From: Nitrosospira multiformis ATCC 25196
Lineage (GTDB): Bacteria > Pseudomonadota > Gammaproteobacteria > Burkholderiales > Nitrosomonadaceae
NCBI RefSeq assembly: GCF_000196355.1
Contig: NC_007614.1
Location: 1,410,001 to 1,442,000, forward strand
DNA: 32,000 bases
Direction of reading: 5' to 3'
Program-made: the position numbers and the translations under genes
The notes under the pieces: generated by a model
What the model was told of the DNA's origin: nothing
The model's database searches: none
Seen by the model: the letters and a program-made list of their open reading frames with translations, nothing else
In this document: positions 12,362-23,300 of the stretch, one piece after another
How positions within the stretch are numbered: position 1 is the first letter of the stretch
Layout: every line of letters begins with the position of its first letter

Positions 12362-13714
12362 ATGAAGAACTTCATGCAAAGAGCAGATAAGGTACGAAAT
12401 AATGAATCGGCACCGGTCGAGGTGCGCCCGCGGAAACTTTTCTGCAAGCCACGGAAATTTCTCGTTCATGTTTGCAGCGTATCGCTTGCGATACTGGCGC
12501 TGATTATGGATTCCCTGTTTCTCTCCTCGTGGGCGCAGGCAGCAGAAGTCACGCTTCCAAAAGGTCCAAAGTATGCAATCGACGAAACTAAGTGGGTGAC
12601 GCTTGGAATAGGTTTCCGTGGAACCGGGCTATGGGTGGAAAATCCTGCCACGGGTAATCTCAGGAGCGGCGATTTCAGCATTGATAATGCCCGTTTTTAC
12701 TTGAATGGGCAGATACATCAGTACCTCAAGTTCGAAGTCAATACGGAATGTTTTTTCTGCAACAACACCCATCCCGGGGATAATCCGAAGATGTCGTACA
12801 ACGTACTCGATGCGATCGGAAAATTTGAGCTCAACCGTTATTTCAACATCTGGGGGGGCCGTATGCTGGTGCCGACCGAACGGGGCGAACTGAGCGGTCC
12901 TTTTTTTCAATCAACACATGACGCCTTCAAGACACCTTTTTTTTCCCAGGATTTCAGTACCAAATTTGGCAGCGGTGGAGCTGGACGCTATGGACGCGAC
13001 GATGGAGGCACATTCTGGGGAAGCCTTGAACCTGGCTTCATCAGCGGTACTCTGGGATATGCTGTCGGTGTCTACCGCGGAGTCCAGTCATCCCGTAGCG
13101 CCGGCCCCAATCAGGGCGATGACGTATTATGGGCTGGCCGTTTCACATATAACTTCTTGAATCCAGAAAAGAATCCTGGTTACTATACCAGCAGCACCTA
13201 TTTTGGCAAGGCCGGCGATATTCTCGCGCTTGCATTCGGCGTTTCATACCAGAAAAATGGCGCCGGCTCCTTCGCGCATCGAAGTGATTTCCTGGGACTG
13301 GTCGGGGACGCCCTTTTTGAAAAAGTGCTACCCCGGAACATGGGTGTAATCACCGCAAATGGTGAGTACAAGCAGTTTTATGCCAACTATTCACCTGCGG
13401 CGTTTCAAGATCCAGATTGCTTTTGCATGTTCGATGGTAAATCGTGGACAGTCACCGGGCTTTATCTCCTGCCCATGAGGATCGGTATTGGCCAGTTTCA
13501 ACCCTATGGCCGATTCACAAGTATCCAGCCAAATAACAGCAGCAACAGGGAAGAAATTGAAGCGGGTGTCAACTATATCATTGACGGTTTCAATGCTCGA
13601 ATTTCAGCGTACTACCAACACGGGGATCTATTCACCAAACGGCTGAACTATGCGCCGGATGTGGCTGGCGAGAAAGTTGATGTATTCAAGCTGTCGTTTC
13701 AACTGCAAATGTAG
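12362..13714 (+). CDS. Outer-membrane porin (phosphate-selective porin O/P-like)
   Basis: Signal-like hydrophobic stretch ending in SSWAQAAEV, beta-barrel repeats (GIGFRGTGLWVENPATGNLRSGDFSIDNARFYLNGQIHQYLKFEVNTE), terminal alternating KLSFQLQM. Open frame extends upstream to TTG 12221; ATG 12290, 12293 or 12362 are candidate starts. Confidence 0.75.
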   Translation: MKNFMQRADKVRNNESAPVEVRPRKLFCKPRKFLVHVCSVSLAILALIMDSLFLSSWAQAAEVTLPKGPKYAIDETKWVTLGIGFRGTGLWVENPATGNLRSGDFSIDNARFYLNGQIHQYLKFEVNTECFFCNNTHPGDNPKMSYNVLDAIGKFELNRYFNIWGGRMLVPTERGELSGPFFQSTHDAFKTPFFSQDFSTKFGSGGAGRYGRDDGGTFWGSLEPGFISGTLGYAVGVYRGVQSSRSAGPNQGDDVLWAGRFTYNFLNPEKNPGYYTSSTYFGKAGDILALAFGVSYQKNGAGSFAHRSDFLGLVGDALFEKVLPRNMGVITANGEYKQFYANYSPAAFQDPDCFCMFDGKSWTVTGLYLLPMRIGIGQFQPYGRFTSIQPNNSSNREEIEAGVNYIIDGFNARISAYYQHGDLFTKRLNYAPDVAGEKVDVFKLSFQLQM

Positions 13715-13799
13715 GCATTACATATTTCGGTCAAGCACTCGGCATGCATTTGATTTTTTATCCGGGAATGAGGTTTGAGGTGCGGAGAAGGAGATTTAG

Positions 13800-14789
13800 T
13801 TGAGTTATTCCGGGAGCGCCATCTTGAAATCAGCCGCAAAAACCCATTTGAACCCGCCTGATGGGAATTCGACACCTTCATCCGGCAGTATTGCTACTCT
13901 GTGCCCGCCCACCTCTTCTGAAGGAAGGCCATCGGATCCGAAGGTGAATATGGCTTCAGATTCTCCATTGAGAGCTCATTTGCGGTTGAAGTTTGCGGAG
14001 AGTTCCGGCATCACCCGCATGGTGGAGCGAGATCATCATGGCCCCTTGTTGGTGCAGAAACCTCTCTATCCGGAGGGTTATGAGGTATGCCAAGCTGTTG
14101 TCATACACCCGCCGGGAGGCGTGGTCGCAGGGGATGAATTGGGAATACGAGTACATGTCGGTCCATCCGCTCATGCTCAGATAACTTCTCCCGGCGCAAC
14201 AAAATGGTACAAATCCAAAGGTCGGACCGCACGCCAGCACGTTTACCTGCATGCGGAAGCAGGCGGTGTACTGGAGTGGATGCCGCAGGAAACGATTTTT
14301 TTCAATAATGCAAGAGTGATGCTCCATCACGAGGTCGAGCTGGAGAAAGATTCGGTTTACATGAGTTGCGAGATTCTATGCTTTGGTCGTACGGCATTCG
14401 GAGAATCGTTCGATAGCGGTGAGATAAAACAGCATACGAGTATCCGCCAGGAGGGAAAGCTGGTCTGGTTTGAGAAGCTTCGTCTGGAGGGCGGAAGCAA
14501 AGCGATGAATGGAAGGCTTGCACTTGCCGGCCGCGCCGTTTGCGCCACTTTTATCATGAGTGGCAAACCCCTTCCAGCGCAGGCGATCGATCTTGTACGG
14601 GAAGAGGCGGTGCGCATCGGCGGAGAATCGGGGCAGGTGGGGATTACCCAATTGAAATCGCTGCTGGTGGCACGTTTTCTGGGAGATTCGAGTGAAGTGG
14701 CCAGACATGTGATGCTTTGCATCTGGCGGGCCGTACGCCCCATCACGCTCGGCCGGCCTGCGATCGTGCCGCGCAGCTGGAATACCTGA
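13800..14789 (+). CDS. ureD: Urease accessory protein UreD
   Basis: VQKPLYPEGYEVCQAVVIHPPGGVVAGDEL, SPGATKWYKS, WMPQETIFFNNARV; first gene of the urease cluster. TTG start at 13800 with AGGAG upstream. Confidence 0.93.
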   Translation: MSYSGSAILKSAAKTHLNPPDGNSTPSSGSIATLCPPTSSEGRPSDPKVNMASDSPLRAHLRLKFAESSGITRMVERDHHGPLLVQKPLYPEGYEVCQAVVIHPPGGVVAGDELGIRVHVGPSAHAQITSPGATKWYKSKGRTARQHVYLHAEAGGVLEWMPQETIFFNNARVMLHHEVELEKDSVYMSCEILCFGRTAFGESFDSGEIKQHTSIRQEGKLVWFEKLRLEGGSKAMNGRLALAGRAVCATFIMSGKPLPAQAIDLVREEAVRIGGESGQVGITQLKSLLVARFLGDSSEVARHVMLCIWRAVRPITLGRPAIVPRSWNT

Positions 14790-14883
14790 TGCTGTTCTGT
14801 TCTGCAAGTTTTGGAGGATGGTGCTTGGAAAATCGCGGGAGGCATTTTTCCGCACCATTTGAGATTTTTAATGAGGAGATACG

Positions 14884-15186
14884 ATGGATCTGACACCGAG
14901 AGAGAAAGACAAGCTCCAGATATTCACTGCTGGATTGCTCGCGGAAAGACGAAAGGCGCGCGGTTTGCGGCTCAATTATCCCGAAGCGGTTGCCTTGATT
15001 ACCTGCGCGATTCTCGAGGGGGCGCGTGACGGTAATACGGTGGCAGAGCTGATGTCGGAGGGGCGAAAAGTTCTGACACGCGCCGATGTCATGGAAGGTG
15101 TGCCGGAAATGATTCCCGATATTCAGGTCGAGGCTACTTTCCCGGATGGTACCAAGCTCGTGACCGTCCACAATCCAATCGTATAA
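14884..15186 (+). CDS. ureA: Urease subunit gamma
   Basis: 100 aa; [39 protein letters not shown]...HNPI. Confidence 0.98.
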   Translation: MDLTPREKDKLQIFTAGLLAERRKARGLRLNYPEAVALITCAILEGARDGNTVAELMSEGRKVLTRADVMEGVPEMIPDIQVEATFPDGTKLVTVHNPIV

Positions 15187-15209
15187 AGAGAAACCGTGGG
15201 AGATTAATA

Positions 15210-15551
15210 ATGGCAAAGACGGTAAGAAAGGCAAGAGATCCCCTCATACCAGGCGAGATAACCACACAACCCGGCGAGATCGAACTCAATGTCGGCAGAA
15301 AGACAAAGACATTGAAGGTTGCAAATGGTGGCGATCGCCCGATTCAAATTGGTTCCCATTTTCATTTTTACGAAGTCAACTCGGCGATGAAATTCGATCG
15401 CGAGGAAGCCTACGGCATGCGCCTGAACATTATGGCCGGAACGGCCGTGCGCTTCGAGCCCGGGCAGGAACGGACAGTGGAACTGGTGGAGCTGGCGGGT
15501 AACCGGATCGTCTATGGATTCAACCAGAAAGTAATGGGCAAGCTTAAGTAG
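15210..15551 (+). CDS. ureB: Urease subunit beta
   Basis: 113 aa; [55 protein letters not shown]. Confidence 0.98.
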   Translation: MAKTVRKARDPLIPGEITTQPGEIELNVGRKTKTLKVANGGDRPIQIGSHFHFYEVNSAMKFDREEAYGMRLNIMAGTAVRFEPGQERTVELVELAGNRIVYGFNQKVMGKLK

Positions 15552-15585
15552 AGATCGCCGCATCAAACGAGAAAGGAGCTAAAGA

Positions 15586-17292
15586 ATGAGTTTCAAGGTT
15601 TCCCGCCAGACTTACGCGGAATTGATGGGCCCTACGACCGGCGACCGGATTCGCCTGGCTGATACCGAGCTGATGATCGAAATCGAGAAGGATTTCACCA
15701 CCTATGGTGAAGAAGTGAAATTCGGGGGCGGCAAGGTAATACGCGACGGCATGGGGCAATCACAGCACAATCACGATCAAGTGATGGATACGGTCATCAC
15801 CAACGCGGTAATCATCGACCACTGGGGCATCGTCAAGGCTGATGTCGGTCTGAAGAACGGGAGGATCGCCGAGATCGGCAAAGCGGGCAATCCCGATATC
15901 CAGCCGAATGTTACGATGTCGATCGGCGCGGCGACGGAAATCATAGCCGGCGAGAACATGATTCTGACCGCGGGTGGAATCGATTCACATATCCACTTCA
16001 TTTCCCCGCAGCAGGCAGAAGATGCGATGATGAATGGCATTACCACGATGCTGGGGGGAGGCACTGGCCCGGCAGCGGGCACGGCAGCCACGACCTGTAC
16101 GCCGGGCCCCTGGCATATTCATTCCATGTTGCGGGCCTCGGATGGCATGGTGATGAACACCGGTTTTTACGGCAAGGGAAATGTAAGTCTTCCGACCCCG
16201 CTGGAAGAGCAGATTCTTGCCGGGGCATGCGGACTGAAGCTGCACGAAGACTGGGGTTCGACCTACGCAGCTATCGACAATTGCCTGGCGGTGGCGGACA
16301 AGTATGATGTCCAGGTTGCCGTTCACACAGATACCATCAATGAAGGCGGATATCTGGAAAACACGATTGCAGCCATGAAGGACCGTACCATCCATACTTT
16401 CCACACCGAGGGGGCCGGTGGAGGGCATGCGCCGGACATCATCGCCGTCGTAGGTCAGGAAAACGTGCTGCCCTCATCAACCAATCCAACCCGGCCTTAT
16501 ACCATCAACACGCTGGATGAACATCTCGACATGCTGATGGTATGCCATCACCTTCATGCCAACATCCCGGAAGATCTCGCGTTTGCCGAGTCGCGCATTC
16601 GTAAGGAGACCATAGCTGCGGAGGATATACTGCAGGATATGGGTGCAATCTCCATGATGTCCTCTGATTCGCAGGCGATGGGGCGGATTGGAGAGGTGGT
16701 TCTGCGTACCTGGCAAACCGCGCACAAAATGAAAATACAACGCGGGACTTTGCAGGAAGATACATCGAAGAATGATAATTTCCGCGTCAAACGCTACATC
16801 GCCAAATACACCATCAATCCGGCGATCACACATGGCATCTCGCACGCCCTCGGTTCGGTGGAGGTGGGCAAATATGCAGATCTGGTGTTGTGGCGGCCCG
16901 CGTTTTTTGGCGTAAAGCCTTCCGTGATTCTGAAAGGTGGAATGATTGCGGCATCTTTAATGGGTGATCCGAACGCCTCGATTCCCACCCCGCAACCTGT
17001 CCATTACCGTTACATGTTCGGGGGATATGGCGGGGGTATCAAGACCTCGTGCTTTACCTTTGTCTCACAGGCAGCGCTGGCTGCAGGTCTGGTCGATCAA
17101 TTGAAGCTGGATAAGAATCTGATCGAGGTCAAGAATACGCGCAACCTGCGCAAGAAAGATATGATCCATAACTCGGCGACACCTAAAATGGAAGTCGATC
17201 CGGAAACATACGAAGTTCGGGCGGATGGACAGTTGCTGACCTGCGGGGCGGAGGACGTTCTGCCGATGGCGCAAAGGTATTTCCTTTTTTAG
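15586..17292 (+). CDS. ureC: Urease subunit alpha
   Basis: 568 aa; [20 protein letters not shown] (carbamylated Lys), MVCHHL (active-site Cys/His), terminal [11 protein letters not shown]. Confidence 0.99.
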   Translation: MSFKVSRQTYAELMGPTTGDRIRLADTELMIEIEKDFTTYGEEVKFGGGKVIRDGMGQSQHNHDQVMDTVITNAVIIDHWGIVKADVGLKNGRIAEIGKAGNPDIQPNVTMSIGAATEIIAGENMILTAGGIDSHIHFISPQQAEDAMMNGITTMLGGGTGPAAGTAATTCTPGPWHIHSMLRASDGMVMNTGFYGKGNVSLPTPLEEQILAGACGLKLHEDWGSTYAAIDNCLAVADKYDVQVAVHTDTINEGGYLENTIAAMKDRTIHTFHTEGAGGGHAPDIIAVVGQENVLPSSTNPTRPYTINTLDEHLDMLMVCHHLHANIPEDLAFAESRIRKETIAAEDILQDMGAISMMSSDSQAMGRIGEVVLRTWQTAHKMKIQRGTLQEDTSKNDNFRVKRYIAKYTINPAITHGISHALGSVEVGKYADLVLWRPAFFGVKPSVILKGGMIAASLMGDPNASIPTPQPVHYRYMFGGYGGGIKTSCFTFVSQAALAAGLVDQLKLDKNLIEVKNTRNLRKKDMIHNSATPKMEVDPETYEVRADGQLLTCGAEDVLPMAQRYFLF

Positions 17293-17301
17293 GGGCTATA
17301 G

Positions 17302-17832
17302 ATGCTCACCTTGAACACCAGGATAAACTCTGCGGACAAAGTATCCGCACAGCTCGTGCTACCGTATGAGTCGCGCGAAAACAGCCGCCTGCGCACCGCA
17401 CTTTCCTCAGGGGAAGAAGTAGCCATTTTCATCCCGCGAGGCACCGTGCTGCGGCACAACGATTTGCTCATGGGGGACGACGGTCGCGTGGTTCAGATCG
17501 TTGCCGCCCGGGAATCCACCTACCGCATCACCTGTGCAAACCCGCATGACTTGCTGCGTTGTGCCTTCCATCTGGGTAACCGCCATACTCAGACCCAGGT
17601 GGGTGAAGGGTTTTTGCGCATCGCCCGCGACAACGTGCTGAAGGAAATGTTGGAAGGACTCGGGGCAACAGTCATCGAGGAAGATGCACAGTTCGAGCCG
17701 GAGGCGGGGGCATACGGCAGCGGAGGGCATCATCATCATGGGGAGTCGAGCCAGGGGCATGCCCATGGTCCGCTCGCTCCGATTCCGGTGCACCAGAAAA
17801 TCCATCGTCCCTCCGACATTCCTTCCCGGTAA
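17302..17832 (+). CDS. ureE: Urease accessory protein UreE (Ni metallochaperone)
   Basis: LRHNDLLMGDDGRVVQIVAA, CAFHLGNRHTQTQ, His-rich C-terminal tail GGHHHHGESSQGHAHG. Confidence 0.95.
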   Translation: MLTLNTRINSADKVSAQLVLPYESRENSRLRTALSSGEEVAIFIPRGTVLRHNDLLMGDDGRVVQIVAARESTYRITCANPHDLLRCAFHLGNRHTQTQVGEGFLRIARDNVLKEMLEGLGATVIEEDAQFEPEAGAYGSGGHHHHGESSQGHAHGPLAPIPVHQKIHRPSDIPSR

Positions 17833-17834
17833 TA

Positions 17835-18515
17835 ATGAAAGAATACCGCGCCCTGCTGGCCCTGTTGCACCTTGCCAGCCCTTCGCTTCCGATCGGGGCT
17901 TATACGTATTCCCAGGGCCTGGAATCGGCCATTGAGCAAGGATTGGTTCGAGATGAAACCTCCGCACGCGAGTGGCTCGTTGAAATGCTGGGAATTTTTA
18001 CGGATTTCGAGTTGCCGATTCTGCAACGTCTGTTGAAGGCCTTTTCGGAGCGGGATGAGGCTGCGGTAAGCTTCTGGACGGAATGCTTCGTTGCTTCCCG
18101 CGAGACCTCGGAGTTTCGTGCCGAAACGGTGCAGATGGGGTATTCACTGGCAAAGTTGGTCATCGATCTCAAGCTCGGGGATGATTCGATGCGGGCAATC
18201 CTGGAAAACCAACAGGCGATTCCGCTCCCCACGGCATTTGCATGTGCTGCCGAAGCGTTGGGTATCCCGCACGAAGAGAGCTTGCTGGGCATGCTGTTTT
18301 CAATGGCCGAGAATCAGGTGCTGGCCTGTGTCAAATCGGTTCCGCTGGGCCAGCTTTCGGGGCAGCGGTTGCTATTGTCCCTGCATCCCGTCATTGAAGC
18401 CTGCTCGATTCGCGCAAGCCAGCTTACGGATGATGAGTTGTCGAGCTGGGCTCCCGGCTTGTCGCTGCTGTCGATGCAACACGAGGTTCAATACAGCCGA
18501 ATCTATCGATCGTAG
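17835..18515 (+). CDS. ureF: Urease accessory protein UreF
   Basis: LLALLHLASPSLPIGAYTYSQGLESAIEQGLV; between ureE and ureG. Confidence 0.96.
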   Translation: MKEYRALLALLHLASPSLPIGAYTYSQGLESAIEQGLVRDETSAREWLVEMLGIFTDFELPILQRLLKAFSERDEAAVSFWTECFVASRETSEFRAETVQMGYSLAKLVIDLKLGDDSMRAILENQQAIPLPTAFACAAEALGIPHEESLLGMLFSMAENQVLACVKSVPLGQLSGQRLLLSLHPVIEACSIRASQLTDDELSSWAPGLSLLSMQHEVQYSRIYRS

Positions 18516-18534
18516 TTCTTGATGGGAACAGAAA

Positions 18535-19176
18535 ATGAACAAACAATCTAATCCACTCCGTGTCGGAATCGGTGGTCCCGTAGGTTCCGGAAAAACGGCC
18601 TTGTGTGAAGCGCTCAGCAAGAGAATGCGCGATCGGTATGAAATGGCTGTCATCACCAATGACATCTATACCAGGGAAGATATGGAAATTCTCCTGCGTG
18701 CCGATGCGCTGCCCCCGGAGCGTCTGATGGGCGTGGAAACGGGGGGATGTCCCCATACGGCCATCAGGGAGGATGCTTCCATCAATCTCGAGGCCGTCGC
18801 GCGCATGACTGCCGATTTTCCGGAACTCGATCTCATTCTGATCGAATCGGGCGGCGACAACCTTGCTTCCACCTTCAGCCCCGAACTTTCCGATCTGACG
18901 ATCTATGTCATAGACGTGGCCGGGGGCGAAAAAGTGCCGCGCAAGGGCGGGCCCGGTATTACCCGTGCTGCGTTACTCATCATCAACAAGATCGATCTTG
19001 CTCCCTACGTGGGAGCAAATCTCGAAATCATGGCACGGGACGCCAGGAAAATGCGTGGCGAACGGCCCTTCGTGTTTACCAACCTGCATACGGGGGAAGG
19101 AGTCGACCAGGTAATCGACTTCATCGTGAAGCAGGGACTGCTGGATGAGGTCCGGTCACAGCATCATCATGCCTGA
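18535..19176 (+). CDS. ureG: Urease accessory GTPase UreG
   Basis: [59 protein letters not shown]. Confidence 0.98.
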
Positions 19177-19252
19177 TTTCCTTTTCCGGCAGCCTGGCAA
19201 AAGCGCGCTACTGCATCTTTCATACATAGTTTTGTAAGGGTTTCCATATATC

Positions 19253-20218
19253 ATGGACTGGGCATCCCGAGTCGACCGCGCGTTCCCTCAACCCCTGCGG
19301 GTGATTCTGAGAGGTGTTGGACAGGTATTTTTCTGCTGTAACGCATTAACCGGACTCATTTTTCTGATAGCGCTCTTTATCGGCGGAGTGGCTGCCGGGG
19401 CAGCGGCAACCGTAGGAGTGCTCACGAGTACCGTGACTGCCCATCTGCTGGCGTTCTCGAAAAAGGATATCGACGCCGGCCTGTATGGCTTCAACGGGAC
19501 GCTGGTAGGTCCCTGTCTGTTCCTGTTTCTGGAGCATTCCCCGCAGTTATGGCTGTACGTCATTCTTGCATCGATATTATCGAGTGTCGTGCTGGCTGCT
19601 CTCATGCGAATTCTTCGCCCCTACCAGGTTCCTGCCTCGACTTCGCCATTTGTCCTGACCTCGTGGATGTTCCTGGTCGCGGTCTACGGTTTTGAAAGTT
19701 TCACCCGCAGTCCCGTTTTGCCGGCTGCCGGTATTCCCGTTGCTGTTCCAGGCGCGGGCGGGCTGGCCGTCGAAAACTGGCCCGTCGCGCTATTCAAGGG
19801 GGTGGGCGAAGTCATGTTCGCGGATAGTGTGACAGTCGGTATTCTGTTTCTGGCCGGCATCGCCATTGTTTCCCTGCGCGGCGCCCTGATGGCGGTAGGC
19901 GGAGCCTTTGTCGGCATCGTCTTTCCGACCCTTCTGAACGCAAACCTGAATGCGATCGAAATGGGTCTGTACGCATTCAATCCGGTTTTGACGATGATGG
20001 CCATTGGCTGGGTGTTTCTCAAACCCAGCGGGAAAAGTGCCGCTCTCGCCGTGCTGGCGGGCCTGATGACAGTTGTATGCCAGGCAGGCCTTGCCAGCTT
20101 CCTTACCCCCATAGGCTTGCCGACTCTCACGTTCCCGTTTGTTCTGGTCATGTGGATGTTCCTGTTTGCCGCGGGAATGTCCAGACACTGGGCCGATCCG
20201 GATGCTGAAGGAGGATGA
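19253..20218 (+). CDS. Urea transporter, UT family
   Basis: 321-aa multi-TM; VGQVFFCCNALTGLIFLIALFIGG, LYGFNGTLVG and second half LYAFNPVLTMMA (duplicated UT-type motif LxGFNxxL); directly downstream of ureG. Confidence 0.92.
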   Translation: MDWASRVDRAFPQPLRVILRGVGQVFFCCNALTGLIFLIALFIGGVAAGAAATVGVLTSTVTAHLLAFSKKDIDAGLYGFNGTLVGPCLFLFLEHSPQLWLYVILASILSSVVLAALMRILRPYQVPASTSPFVLTSWMFLVAVYGFESFTRSPVLPAAGIPVAVPGAGGLAVENWPVALFKGVGEVMFADSVTVGILFLAGIAIVSLRGALMAVGGAFVGIVFPTLLNANLNAIEMGLYAFNPVLTMMAIGWVFLKPSGKSAALAVLAGLMTVVCQAGLASFLTPIGLPTLTFPFVLVMWMFLFAAGMSRHWADPDAEGG

Positions 20219-20387
20219 GCGGGGGAGAGTGCCGGCCCGCTCTATAGTTGATAGTCGGAGTTGAGAGCCCGGAAAAATCAACTTTTGCCTACTTCTGCCG
20301 TTGCTGTCCCGAGAATTGACTCGGGCTGTCGCCACTGCCCCTTAACGGTTTGCTGTGTACATGGGAAGCCGGAGGCCGTGAGGGACC

Positions 20388-23300
20388 TTAAAGCGGGCTG
20401 TATCTGACCGGTGAAAGAGAATCGCATTCATGGGTTCCAGCAAGATTCAGCAAATGTTTCCTTAAAGGATCCGACGGTTGAAGAGAGTTGAGGAGTTGAT
20501 CGATTTCATCCTGTTTTTTTGATCGGTAGTAACCCATCCTTTTCCCGTCATCCTGCCGATAATGCAGTTTTTCTCCAGTCGCGTAGACCCTCCAGGCTGC
20601 AAGGGGAATTTCCGCATTTTCCACGATTTCAAGTGCTTTTGTAATATGCGAATGTACTTCGTCCCAGCTCTCTTCTACTATCGCAATCTCGGCAAACAGG
20701 CGATGACTGAGTGCAAGGTAGGTGCGTTCAGAGGGACCGCTGGAAAGATCATATAAGCGCTGCGCATAGCGACGCGCCTTATCCAGTTTTCCCAGTGCGA
20801 GCCATGTTTCTCCCATTCCCAAGCAAGCAGGGAAGAAATAGTTGGAGAATATCGGGAGAGCATTATTCTTTTCCGCCTGAAAAAAAGCGTCAAAGCATCG
20901 AATGGCTCCCGCATAATCTTTTAGCCCGTGCAAGGCCTTTCCCAGGATTGCGGAACAATGAACCGAAACGAAGTCAGCCCAGGCACCGACGCCTTCTGAC
21001 AGCGCTTCCTCGCAATACGCTTTGGCACCCGAAAAATCGCCACTTACCACATGCAACCATCCCAGCAGGATGTGGCGATGCAACCGAAGCAGCAAGCCAG
21101 CGTCATGCCCCTCGAACGCGCGCCTGCTTTGCTCTGCGGTTTCGCGCAATCTGCCCCATTCACCCTTATGCAGCAGCGTTAATCCATAGTAATAATGGCC
21201 CGCGATGAACATGTAGCCATCTCCCATTACGCGTGATAACGCCAGAGCTTCGACTGCTGTCGTCGCAGCAGCCTGGTAATTCGAGGCAAGCAGTTCAACG
21301 TAAATATGCTGAGTCAAGCGCGAGTGAAGAGCCAGGGGATTTCCCGTTGCGCGCACCGCATCCATAGACTCGTGACAAGCGGCAGAATAATCCTCCCGCC
21401 ATGGCCGGAGCAACAGATTCAAGCCACCCCACATGCCCTTGACGATTGAATGAAAAACCTTGTCTTCAAGTGCTGTGGAAGCAGAGACCGCCTGCTCCGC
21501 AAACTCGAGACATTCAAGACGGTTCAACAAAACAAGGACGCGGCTCAATTCGAGGAGTCCCACCGCCTGTTCCCGGCTGTCTCCCAAAGCTTTGGCGGCT
21601 GCCAGCATTTTCTCCAGATCAGTTTTTGCTCCTGCCATATCGCCCATTGAGCGTCTTACCGCCGCTGATTGCTTGAGGAGGCTTATGCGTGTTTTCGCTT
21701 GTTGCTCATCAGGCAAGCGTTCTATCATTCGAACGGCGCGCGCCAGATAGTCATGTGCCTGCCGATTGGCAAAGCGCCTGGTGCTGTTGTCAGCCGCCTG
21801 CACGAGATAGCGGATGGCGCGAAGCCAATCCCATCCGTTTTCAAAATGCAGGGCGAGTTCCCCTGCATGCTCCACGTTTTGCTCGCCGTATGCCTTTTCA
21901 AGGTATTCTCCGATGCGAAGGTGCATTCGTATCGTTTCGGAGGGAGAAAGCCGTTGGTAGAAGACTTCGAGGTACAGGGCATGGCGGAATGCATAGTAGC
22001 CCGCGACAACTCCTTTCGTGCTTTGCTCCATTCCATCGGACACCAATATCTGGCCTCGTCTAACCAGGGCATTGCAGCAGCGGTCTGCTTCGGCGATCTC
22101 CATACCCAGAACACTGCAAAGCAGGTTCCCACTAAACCGCATTCCCGCGACACTCGCCACCGTCAGCACCCGTTGTTCATCATGGCTGAGCCGTTCGATT
22201 TCACGCTCGATGACGCGGCGGATCGTTTCCGGCAGCGCTGTATCGATTCCGATCTGCTGGGATAACGGTGACCATTGATGTTGCTCCATTAAATATTCGA
22301 TCAGATTGGATATGAACAAAGGATGTCCACCGGTTCTTATGAAAAGTGCCTGACTGATCGAATCGGGAATATTTATGCCTGGGCAACGTCGAGTGAGGTA
22401 ATGTTTGACTTCATTGCAGGAAAACGGCTCAAGGGCGACTTCAGAACAGATTCCTCGCAACTGCAAATCCCGGTGAACTTCTGTAACTGGGTGCACCCGC
22501 TGGCTTGCATCGATGGGGCGATAGGTGGCGAGCACCATCAAGTATGCTGGCACATGACGCTGCGCAAGCAAGCTTAAAAAATCAAGAGTCGCATGATCAC
22601 TCCAATGAAGATCCTCAAGCACGAGAATCAGGGGCACTTTGCTCAAGGTTTCCAGCAGTTCACAACCTTCCCGTACCATGCGTTCCCGGCTTGCGCCAAA
22701 AATCTCCTGCTGAAGCGCCACACGCTCCTCGGGGCGAAGCACGGACGGCAATTGCGCAAGCCAAACCGGTGCGTGACGATATAACAGTTCAACGAGTTTT
22801 CCCCCCCCTGGCGCATTGCAACGCTTTTCAATTGCCTCGATCATCGGGAGCAGGGCTTCACCCTGGCCAAAGCGCTCTATGCAGCGCATGCGCAAAACCC
22901 CCGGGCTTTGACTGGATATTGTGGAGAGAAACATCTCGATCAGCGTGCTCTTGCCGATTCCACTTTCCCCGGTAACAAAAACGATCTGGCGCGAACCCAC
23001 CAGTGATTTTTGCCAGATTGTCAGCAAGCGAGCTTGTGGAGACGGGCGGTCTATCCAATATGCGACCTTGTCAGAGCGCTGGTTTTTGGGGAAAACGGGG
23101 CAGATTACTTCTTCCACTTCCTCTGACGACTTGACTTCAGTAACCTGCGCGATGAAACGGTAGCCGCGTTTGGGAACGGTTAAAAGATAGGTGGGAGCGG
23201 AAACACTGTCTCCAAGAGCCCGCCGCACTTCGTTGATACATACTTTCAGCACTGCTTCTCCGACGAAGCGGCGCTGCCATACCGCGTCAAGCAACTCATC

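Noticed and set aside
14357-15234. Overlapping minus-strand ORFs (179 and 163 aa) opposite ureD/ureA
   Set aside because: No domain signal and they cover well-supported urease genes.
20308-20325. CCCGAG-AATTGA-CTCGGG hairpin between the urea transporter and the regulator as terminator
   Set aside because: Lacks a following U tract on either strand; too weak to call, although its convergent intergenic position is suggestive.
21669-22265. 198-aa plus-strand ORF opposite the large regulator
   Set aside because: Opposes a continuous 1028-aa ORF with clear domains; considered spurious.
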